DNA from: Vicinamibacteria bacterium
Lineage (GTDB): Bacteria; Acidobacteriota; Vicinamibacteria; Marinacidobacterales; Marinacidobacteraceae
NCBI GenBank assembly: GCA_963422395.1
Contig: OY729431.1
Coordinates: 544,001-608,000, forward strand
DNA: 64,000 bases
Direction: 5' to 3'
Under the pieces are notes generated by a model. It was not told where the DNA came from. It saw only the letters and a list, made by a program, of their open reading frames with translations, and searched no databases. Each line of letters begins with the position of its first letter. The first letter of the stretch is position 1. Shown piece after piece: positions 56,878 to 64,000 of the stretch. A program made the position numbers and the translations under genes.

Positions 56878-58881
56878 ATGACTCGATCCACCCTTTTCCT
56901 GGCTCTTCTCTCGTTCGCGGTTGAACCGGCTGCGGCAGAGACGCTCAGAGCAGAGGCGCCCACAGCAGAAATGGCTGCTGCCGCCGCAGCGCAGGCGGAG
57001 GCCGCCGGCCCCGCGGCGCGGATCGAGTGGCCGGCCTGGGGCGGGGATCAGGGCTCGACGCACTACTCCCCCCTCGCCCGCATCGACCGGGACAATGTCT
57101 CGCGGCTCCGGCTCGCCTGGGAGTGGGACACCGGCGAAGCTCCGCTCTCCGGACCGCGCCTGCCGGTGCCCAGGAATCCGGTCCGGCCCGGCAGTTTCGA
57201 GAACACCCCGATCGTGCGCGACGGGGTGATGTATGTGAGCACTTCCTACAACCGGGTGGCGGCGCTCGACCCGGACACCGGCGAGCTCCAGTGGCTCTAC
57301 GACCCGAGGATCACCGAGTGGGGGCAGGTGCCGAACGGCACCGGGTTCGTCCACCGGGGAGTGGCGCTGTGGGAAGGCGGCGACGGGACGCGGCGGGTGT
57401 TCCTGAACAGCCGCTGGCGGCTCCTCTCGATCGACGCGGTGACCGGCGAGCCCGATCCCTCCTTCGGAGACGGCGGCGAGATCGATCTGACCGCGCAGCT
57501 CCTCTGGCCGGTGAACCGCCTCCACTACACCCAGACTTCGCCGCCCGTCGTCTTCGAGGACCTGGTGATCCTGGGCAACGGGGTGTGGGACCTCTTCGTC
57601 TATGAGCGCGACCCGCCGGGGAATGTGCAGGCGTTCGATGCCCGTACCGGCGAGCTCGCCTGGTCCTTCAACCTGATCCCGCAGCCGGGCGAGTTCGGGA
57701 ACGACACCTGGGAGGACGGCGCCTGGGACCGCACCGGCCACACGAATGTCTGGGCGCCGATGGCGCTCGACGAAGAGCGCGGCCTGCTCTACCTGCCGGT
57801 GGGCACCCCGAGCAACGACTACTACGGCGGCGGCCGGCTCGGCGACAACCTCTACGCCGAGGCGGTGGTCTGCCTCGACGCCCGCACCGGCAAGCGGGTC
57901 TGGCACTTCCAGACGGTGCGCCACGGACTCTGGGACTACGACCTGCCGGCGGCGCCGGCGCTGCTCCCCATCGAGGTGGAGGGCAAGGAGATCGATGCGG
58001 TGGCGGTTCCGGCGAAGACGGGTTTTCTGTATGTCTTCGACCGGGTGACCGGAGAACCGGTCTGGCCCATCGAGGACCGTCCGGTCCCGGCGAGCGATGT
58101 CCCCGGAGAGCGCACCGCGGCGACGCAGCCCTTCCCCACCCGGCCCGCGCCCTTCGCGAAACAGGGTTTCTCCGAGGAGGATGTGATCGCCTTCACCCCC
58201 GAACTCCGCGAGGAGGCGCTCGCCAGCGTGCGCCAGTACCGGATGGGCGGTCTCTACACCCCGCCCTCGCTCCAGGGCACGATCTCGAACCCGGGCATCC
58301 TCGGAGGCGCCAACTGGGGCGGCGCTGCCGCCGATCCGGAAACCGGCGTGGTCTATGTCAAATCGAACGAGTTCCCGGCACTGCTGGCGCTCCGGGAAGC
58401 GGACCCCGAAGCCAGTGAAGGCCGCTACGGGCTCGACCGCGAGCGGCGCTCGCTGAACCTCCCGAACGGACTGCCCATCAACAAGCCGCCCTACGGCACC
58501 CTCACCGCCATCGACCTGAATACCGGCGAGCATCTGTTCCAGGTGCCGGCGGGCAACAATCCGCTGGTCCGCGAACACCCCGCGCTCGAAGGAGTGGACC
58601 TCGGCGAGGAGCGGCTCGGCATCGTCGGCGCGCCCGGTCCGATGGTCACCGCCGGAGGTCTCGTCTTCTTCACCGGCGGCGCGGATCATCTCTTCGCCCT
58701 CGACAAGACGACCGGGGAGGAGCTCTGGGCCCATCCGCTCGGCGCGAGTTCCTATGCGAACCCGATGACCTATGAATCTCCGGACGGGGTCCAGTTCGTC
58801 GTCATCGCGGTGGGGCGCGGCGAGGGGAACAAACTCATGGCGTTCTCACTCGGGCCGGAGGCCGGGGAGGGAATCCGATAG
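56878..58881 (+). CDS. PQQ-dependent dehydrogenase (glucose/quinate-type)
   Basis: Signal peptide, WPAWGGD, YSPL..I...NV..L, HRGVA.W, WHFQTV.HGLWDYD, GGANWGG, PPYG, ANPMTY. Confidence 0.9.
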   Translation: MTRSTLFLALLSFAVEPAAAETLRAEAPTAEMAAAAAAQAEAAGPAARIEWPAWGGDQGSTHYSPLARIDRDNVSRLRLAWEWDTGEAPLSGPRLPVPRNPVRPGSFENTPIVRDGVMYVSTSYNRVAALDPDTGELQWLYDPRITEWGQVPNGTGFVHRGVALWEGGDGTRRVFLNSRWRLLSIDAVTGEPDPSFGDGGEIDLTAQLLWPVNRLHYTQTSPPVVFEDLVILGNGVWDLFVYERDPPGNVQAFDARTGELAWSFNLIPQPGEFGNDTWEDGAWDRTGHTNVWAPMALDEERGLLYLPVGTPSNDYYGGGRLGDNLYAEAVVCLDARTGKRVWHFQTVRHGLWDYDLPAAPALLPIEVEGKEIDAVAVPAKTGFLYVFDRVTGEPVWPIEDRPVPASDVPGERTAATQPFPTRPAPFAKQGFSEEDVIAFTPELREEALASVRQYRMGGLYTPPSLQGTISNPGILGGANWGGAAADPETGVVYVKSNEFPALLALREADPEASEGRYGLDRERRSLNLPNGLPINKPPYGTLTAIDLNTGEHLFQVPAGNNPLVREHPALEGVDLGEERLGIVGAPGPMVTAGGLVFFTGGADHLFALDKTTGEELWAHPLGASSYANPMTYESPDGVQFVVIAVGRGEGNKLMAFSLGPEAGEGIR

Positions 58882-59010
58882 CCTGGCGCCGCGCCGCCGG
58901 CGGTGGCGTCTGGCGGTTTAGCATTCCCGGTTGCGGCGTTGACAGCCGCCGCCGAACGAATGCAGGACCCCGGTCTGATGAAGGCGCCCGGTGCGCCGAG
59001 GAGAAATCCC

Positions 59011-59535
59011 ATGCCCCTTCCCCCGCTCTACGACCCCGAAGCCGTCCGCCCCATGCAGGCGGAACTGACCGACTGCCGGGTCTCGCCGCTCCGCCGGGCC
59101 GAGGAGGTGGACGAGTTGCTGGCGCGGCCCGGCACCGCCCTGGTGGTGGTGAACTCGGTTTGCGGCTGCGCCGCCGGATCGGCTCGACCCGGAGTCACGA
59201 AAGCGCTCCAGAACGCCCGGATTCCCGACCACCTCGGCACCGTCTTCGCCGGAGTGGACCGGGACGCCACCGACCGCGCCCGCACCCACATGGCCGAGGC
59301 GCCGCCGTCGTCGCCGGCGATCGCGCTGTTTCGGGACGGCCAGCTGATCCACCTGCTGGAGCGGCGTCACATCGAGACCATGTCTCCCGACGGCATCGCC
59401 GACGACCTCGCCGCCGCCTTCGACGCCCACTGCGAGTCCGAGGGTCCTTCGGTGTCGCGCGAAGTCTGGGAACGCTCGGCCAGCGAGCGCCGGTGCGGTT
59501 CCGAAATCCCGCTCTGGGGCTCCGCACTCCGCTGA
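59011..59535 (+). CDS. BrxA/BrxB (YphP/YqiW) family bacilliredoxin-like protein
   Basis: PM..ELT, VNSVCGCAAG.ARP, TVFAGVD..AT..AR, PSSP..ALF.DG. Confidence 0.88.
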   Translation: MPLPPLYDPEAVRPMQAELTDCRVSPLRRAEEVDELLARPGTALVVVNSVCGCAAGSARPGVTKALQNARIPDHLGTVFAGVDRDATDRARTHMAEAPPSSPAIALFRDGQLIHLLERRHIETMSPDGIADDLAAAFDAHCESEGPSVSREVWERSASERRCGSEIPLWGSALR

Positions 59536-60200
59536 CCGTCGGCGGTTCCGCGGCGCGCCTGCCGGGAACCGCGGGCGAAGAGGCCGGCTCGGGAGGGCGG
59601 TTCCTGACCGTCGAGGGAGTCTCGGGAGCCGGCAAGACCACCCTGGTCCGCCGCCTCGCGGATCGACTGCGCGGGCTCGGTCGGCCGGTTACCGTCACCC
59701 ACGATCCCGGAGGAACCCGCGCCGGGAAAACCATCCGCGAACTGCTGCTCGGCACCGAAGGCCGCCTCTGCCCGGAAGCGGAGGTCGCCCTCTTCTTCGC
59801 CGACCGGGCCCAGAACCTCGACGAGGTGATCCGCCCGGCGCTCGCTCGGGGAGAGACGGTGATCGCCGACCGGTTCACCGATTCCACGATCGCCTACCAG
59901 GGCGGAGGCCGGGGCCTTCCCCGGGAACGGATCCTGGCGGTGGATCGGGCGATCACCGGCGGCTTCCGGCCGCAGCTGACGCTGGTTCTGGATCTTTCCG
60001 CGGCTCGGGGGCTCGCGCGTCTCCGGGGCCCGGACCGGATCGAGCGTGAGGCCGAGCGCTTCCACGAGCGGGTTCGCGAGGGGTTTCTTCGGATCGCCAG
60101 GGAGCACCCCGAGCGCGTCGTGGTGATTTCCGCCGCCGAGCCGATGGAGGAAGTCTTCGAGCGGGCTTTCGCGGTGCTCGCTGCGAGGCTGCTGTCGTGA
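59493..60200 (+). CDS. tmk: Thymidylate kinase
   Basis: FLTVEG..GAGKTT, LF.ADRAQ, DRF.DST.AYQG.GRG, DRIE; start uncertain. Confidence 0.92.
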   Translation: MRFRNPALGLRTPLTVGGSAARLPGTAGEEAGSGGRFLTVEGVSGAGKTTLVRRLADRLRGLGRPVTVTHDPGGTRAGKTIRELLLGTEGRLCPEAEVALFFADRAQNLDEVIRPALARGETVIADRFTDSTIAYQGGGRGLPRERILAVDRAITGGFRPQLTLVLDLSAARGLARLRGPDRIEREAERFHERVREGFLRIAREHPERVVVISAAEPMEEVFERAFAVLAARLLS

Positions 60201-61342
60201 GCTCCCGCCCATCTTCCGATCTGCTGGCCGCCGCGCCGTTTCCGCGCCTTGCCGGGCTGGCCGCCGGCGGCCGCCTGTCGCCGAGCCTGCTGCTCGCCGG
60301 ACCGTCGGGCGCCCCGACCGCCGAGGCGGCCATCGCGCTGGCAGCCATCGTGAACAGCCCCGACGGGGAGCCCGATTCGAAAGCCACCCGCGAGCTCGAG
60401 GAGCGCATCCGCTGCACCGAAGAACTGGCCCGGTCCACTGCCGGGCGAGATCCTGGCGGCGGTTGGCCGGGACCCGGAGCCGGACCGTACCCCGATGTGC
60501 GGATCGTCCGGCCGGAGAGCGGGAAACCGATCCGGGTCGAGGAGATCCGGACCGCGGTCGCAGCGACCCGGAGCCGCCCCTTCGAGGGGCGGCGGCGCTT
60601 TCTCATCATCGTGGAAGCGGACGCCATGAACCCGCCCGCGGCGAACGCCCTCCTCAAGACGCTCGAGGAACCGCACGACCGTCTCGGGGTCATCGTCTGC
60701 GCGATCCAGGAGGCGGCGCTTCTGTCCACCATCGTCTCCCGCTGCCAGCGCTGGCGGTTCCGGGCGCCCACCGCGCCGGAGGTCGCTGCCTGGCTCCAGG
60801 AACACCACGGCTATTCGGAGGAGGAGGCCGCGGCCGCGGCCGCGGCTGCGAGGGGTGATCGGAATCGGGCCCTGGCCCTCGCCCGCGACCGGCTCCTGCC
60901 GCTCGCCGAGGAGGCCGAACGGATCGCCGCGGTCGTGGGTCGGGGCATACCGGCTCCGGCTCGCGCCGCGCTGACCGAGCGGCTGGCCAAAGCGTCGCCG
61001 CGTTCCCGAAAGGCAGGAGGCCCGCCGGAGGAACTGCGAACGCTGCTGGTCCTGGTGCGGGCGGTGCTGCGCGACCTGGCGGCGCTCCACTCGGGCGCGA
61101 AGCCGCTCACCGGGGGCCGGAGCGGCCGACTGCGGCAGCTCGCAGCGCTGGCACCGGGCCGCGCCTTCGCCGAAGCGGCGCTCCTGGTGGAGGACGCCGA
61201 TCGGAAAATGCACCACTTCCACGGCAACAAACGAATGCAGCTGGATGCGCTGCTGCTGGGTTTCAACGAGATCGCCCGGCCGCTGGTCCTCGCCCGGATG
61301 CGGAATGAACTGCAGCAGAAGCGGGCAGCGGGAACCGGCTGA
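60197..61342 (+). CDS. holB: DNA polymerase III delta-prime subunit
   Basis: YPDV, I.VEEIR, AANALLKTLEEP, LL.TI.SRC; tmk-holB synteny. Confidence 0.85.
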   Translation: MSSRPSSDLLAAAPFPRLAGLAAGGRLSPSLLLAGPSGAPTAEAAIALAAIVNSPDGEPDSKATRELEERIRCTEELARSTAGRDPGGGWPGPGAGPYPDVRIVRPESGKPIRVEEIRTAVAATRSRPFEGRRRFLIIVEADAMNPPAANALLKTLEEPHDRLGVIVCAIQEAALLSTIVSRCQRWRFRAPTAPEVAAWLQEHHGYSEEEAAAAAAAARGDRNRALALARDRLLPLAEEAERIAAVVGRGIPAPARAALTERLAKASPRSRKAGGPPEELRTLLVLVRAVLRDLAALHSGAKPLTGGRSGRLRQLAALAPGRAFAEAALLVEDADRKMHHFHGNKRMQLDALLLGFNEIARPLVLARMRNELQQKRAAGTG

Positions 61343-61582
61343 AGCCGCTACTCCGCCTGCGCAGCTTCGGTCCGGCGGCGGCTCCCCGACCGCAGCTCCG
61401 CCGGTTGGCCAGCGAATCCGCGAGGGGTGCATTTGAAATCCGGACAGTAGAATCGGAACCCGCGGCCTTCGGGGCTTCCCGGCCGGCCGCGGTACCGCCT
61501 TTTTCTGCACATTCCGAATCCCGGACACGGCCCGCGCGACCCCACGATTCGCGCCCTTTCGATTCGAAGGAGTCTCCTGCTC

Positions 61583-62140
61583 ATGGTTTCCGTCTTCTCT
61601 CTCTGGCTGCCGATCCTGGCGGCTGCAGCAGCAGTCTTCCTCGTCAGCTGGGTGCTCCACACCGTCCTCCGCTGGCACCAGAAGGATGTGGCGGCCATCC
61701 CCGACGAGCGCAGAGTCGCCGACGCGCTCCGCCCTTTCGCGATCTCACCCGGCGACTATGTGATGCCCCACGCCGCGGACATGAAGGAGATGAGCACGCC
61801 GGAATTCCTCGAGAAGACCCAGGCAGGTCCAGTGGCCATCCTGACCGTCTTTCCGAACGAACCGTTCGCGATGGGGAAAACACTCGTCCAGTGGTTCGCT
61901 TACAGCATCCTCGTCGGCGGGCTGGCAGGCCATGTCGCCGGCTTCAGCCTGGGACCCGGCGCCGAAGCCGCCGCCGTTTTGCGGGTGGTCGGCGCGGTGA
62001 CCTTCGCCGGGTATTCGCTCGCCATCCTCCAGGCTTCCATCTGGTGGGGCAGGAGCTGGGGGTACACGCTCCGCACGATGGCGGACGGTCTGCTCTACGC
62101 GCTGCTCACCGGCGGAATCTTCGCCTGGCTCTGGCCCTGA
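61583..62140 (+). CDS. Hypothetical membrane protein
   Basis: Several TM helices; SD-like AAGGAG upstream; clean coding pattern. Confidence 0.75.
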   Translation: MVSVFSLWLPILAAAAAVFLVSWVLHTVLRWHQKDVAAIPDERRVADALRPFAISPGDYVMPHAADMKEMSTPEFLEKTQAGPVAILTVFPNEPFAMGKTLVQWFAYSILVGGLAGHVAGFSLGPGAEAAAVLRVVGAVTFAGYSLAILQASIWWGRSWGYTLRTMADGLLYALLTGGIFAWLWP

Positions 62141-62169
62141 CCGGCAATCGACAGCGGTTCAGGCGGCGA

Positions 62170-62510
62170 ACCCGCGTCCGGGCGATCACCGCGGGGTGCC
62201 TGCTTCTCGCCTTCGCCGCCAGCGGCTGTTCCATCGTGTTGGTCCACGGTCCTCCGCGCCCGGGCGAATCGGACCACGACCCGACGGGCCGTTACGAAGC
62301 CGGCGTGCCCTGCACCAGCAGCAGGGCGTGGCCCCTCCTCGACACCGCGATCCTCCTCTGGGTTCTCGCCGTGACCTCGACCTACGATCAGACCGACGAC
62401 CAGATAGACGGCAGTCTGACTGCGGCGGCGGCGGCGATTTCCGCGTGGGTCGGCTACGGCGGACGAGTGCCTGCCGCCAAGCGCAGGCAGCAGCCGTCGG
62501 GCCGCCCCCG
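62170..62510 (+). pseudogene. Possible remnant of a small lipoprotein gene
   Basis: LLLAFAASGC lipobox and two hydrophobic segments, but no in-frame canonical start after the preceding gene and no stop before the repeat array. Confidence 0.35.
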
Positions 62511-62519
62511 TTCGGCTGA

Positions 62520-63200
62520 GCACCGGGCGGTTCGGGAACGGGGCGTTGCCGCTCGTCCCACGAGAGTGCGCAACGCAACCCGACCTCCACGCCCCGTGCG
62601 AGAGGTTTCGACCCTTTTTCGAGGCCCGGGGAGGCATGTTGCGCCCGAGGCTATGGCTCGGGCGCGGCACAGCGGGGGAAAGTGTGAAAGGGGGTTTACC
62701 CCCGTTCACAGAGTAGTGACTCGGAATCGCACTCGCTGCCGCCCACTGCGGCAATGGCTGGAGATGGGGTTCGAGGAACGGAGGGAGCGGCAGGAGTGCG
62801 GATTCCCGGCGCGAAGCGCCGAGCGGTTCGGGAACGGGGCGTTCCCACTCGTCTCACCAGGGTGCGAGACGCGGCATGACCTCCACGCCCCGTTCGAGAG
62901 AGTAGCGACCCCCGTCCGTGGCCCAAAACGAACTGTTGCGCCCGAGGCTATGGCTCGGGCGCGGCACAGCGGGGGAAAGTGTGAAAGGGGGTTTACCCCC
63001 TTTCACGAATTGGTGACCCGGAATCGCACTCGCTGCCGCCCACTGCGGCAATGGCTGGGGATGGGGTTCGAGGAACGGAGGGAGCGGCAGGAGTGCGGAT
63101 TCCCGGCGCGGAGCGCCGGGCGGTTCGGGAACGGGGCGTTCCCACTCGTCCCACCAGGGTGCGAGACGCGGCATGACCTCACGCCCCGTTCCCGAACCGC
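62520..63200. repeat. ~297-bp palindrome-rich tandem repeat (~2.3 units)
   Basis: 62638-62895 nearly identical to 62935-63191; GCGGTTCGGGAACGGGGCGTT occurs at ~62527, ~62823 and ~63120; perfect 20-bp inverted repeat 63120-63139/63181-63200. Confidence 0.92.
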
Positions 63201-63206
63201 TCTGCC

Positions 63207-63731
63207 TCAGCCGAGTGCCGCGCGGATTTCGCGGGCAGCCTCGCGCTCGCGGACGGTCTCTCGCTGGTCGCGATTGCTCTTGCCCCGGGCGAGCGCGACC
63301 TGCACCTTGATCCAGCCGTTCCGCAGGTAGATCCGCAGCGGCACCAGGGTGAGGCCCGCGGTCGTCAGCTTGCCGGCGATCTCCTGCACCTCGTCACCGT
63401 GGAGCAGGAGCTTTCGGTTGCGCTCGGGATCGCCATGATCCGCCGGGGCGTGGGCATAGGGCGCGATGTGGCACTTCACCAGGAAGAGCTCGCCGTTCCG
63501 CACCCGGCCGTAGGCGTCCTTGAGGTTCGCTCCGCCCGCCCGGCAGGACTTCACTTCGGGGCCGGTGAGGGCGATCCCGGCCTCGAATCGATCGAGCAGG
63601 GTGAAGTTCCGCCGCGCCCTTCGGTTCTCGGCGAGGACCTGCCCGGCCGCAGGAGCCCCGGAACCCGACCGCGAACCCGAACCGCCGGAGCGGAGACGGC
63701 GCTTCTTCCGCGCCGTCTTCTTTCGACTCAC
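63207..63731 (-). CDS. smpB: SsrA-binding protein
   Basis: NRRA, EAGIAL.G.EVKS, HIAPY, RKLLLH, GLTLVPL..Y, K...ALARGK. Confidence 0.95.
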   Translation of the reverse strand: MSRKKTARKKRRLRSGGSGSRSGSGAPAAGQVLAENRRARRNFTLLDRFEAGIALTGPEVKSCRAGGANLKDAYGRVRNGELFLVKCHIAPYAHAPADHGDPERNRKLLLHGDEVQEIAGKLTTAGLTLVPLRIYLRNGWIKVQVALARGKSNRDQRETVREREAAREIRAALG

Positions 63732-63827
63732 GACCCCCTCCTGCTCTCTCGTTCGCAGGCGAGTTTAGCGAGCCTTCCCGGGCCGGTCGGCGCGGCCTCC
63801 CGGTAGTTACCATCGGGGGATCGAGCG

Positions 63828-64000
63828 ATGCCGGAGTTCGGATGCCAGGTCGGCGAACCCGGGGGGGAGCTCCGCCGTCTCCGCGTCGAAGCCGGGAACG
63901 CCGAGGCGGCGAGACGCCAGCTTCGCGACCAGGGATTCCATGTGTTCGCGGTGCGGCGCGTCTCGACCCTCGCCGGTCTCCGGCGGCTCCTCGGCGGAGC
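63828..64000 (+). CDS. N-terminus of a probable type II secretion F / PilC family protein (truncated by window)
   Basis: MPEFGCQV....GE.....VEA.NAEAARRQLRDQGFHVFAV resembles GspF/PilC N-termini. Confidence 0.55.
   Translation, partial: MPEFGCQVGEPGGELRRLRVEAGNAEAARRQLRDQGFHVFAVRRVSTLAGLRRLLGG

Noticed and set aside
56530-58881. Apparent DUF4276-PQQ dehydrogenase fusion protein
   Set aside because: Chance in-frame read-through of a pseudogene; the PQQ gene has its own -10-like box and signal peptide at 56878
62520-63200. CRISPR array or integron attC array
   Set aside because: Units are ~297 bp with near-identical interiors, there is no cas or intI gene, and the inverted repeat is oriented GTT...AAC, opposite to attC
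61405-63330. 641-aa repeat-containing ORF
   Set aside because: Overlaps a real membrane-protein gene in another frame and runs into smpB; the repeat part looks like palindromic DNA rather than coding sequence
63200-63830. tmRNA or tRNA next to smpB
   Set aside because: No GGGGC...CCACCA tmRNA termini or tRNA cloverleaf recognised here or elsewhere in the window

Overview
High-GC bacterial chromosomal segment, most likely from an Acidobacteriota genome (inferred from the GWxTD protein, two DUF5916 paralogues, the CxxxY-type ccm cluster and many Tat-exported oxidoreductases). It is mostly housekeeping and metabolic DNA: dprA (partial), mutM, hisN-like, gltA, tmk-holB, smpB and the start of a pilC-like gene. 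It also holds a split cytochrome c maturation (ccm) cluster, a CP-ATP-grasp/alpha-E/transglutaminase operon, and a TPR + lipoprotein + metallopeptidase/PD40/Omp85 operon. Small toxin-antitoxin or defence-type modules are scattered between core genes: an intact AAA-ATPase/DUF4276 pair, a decayed second pair bracketed by a ~55-bp direct repeat, Panacea plus a membrane protein, a Fic gene inside the ccm operon, and RHH/PIN. Non-coding signals read directly from the sequence are a ~190-nt 6S-like structured RNA candidate (minus strand, ~11875-12061), a highly palindromic ~297-bp tandem repeat next to smpB, and many genes with a TANNNT box 6-8 nt before the start codon (leaderless-type). All family assignments come from motif recognition by eye, not database searches. 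Several start codons were re-chosen relative to the ORF track.
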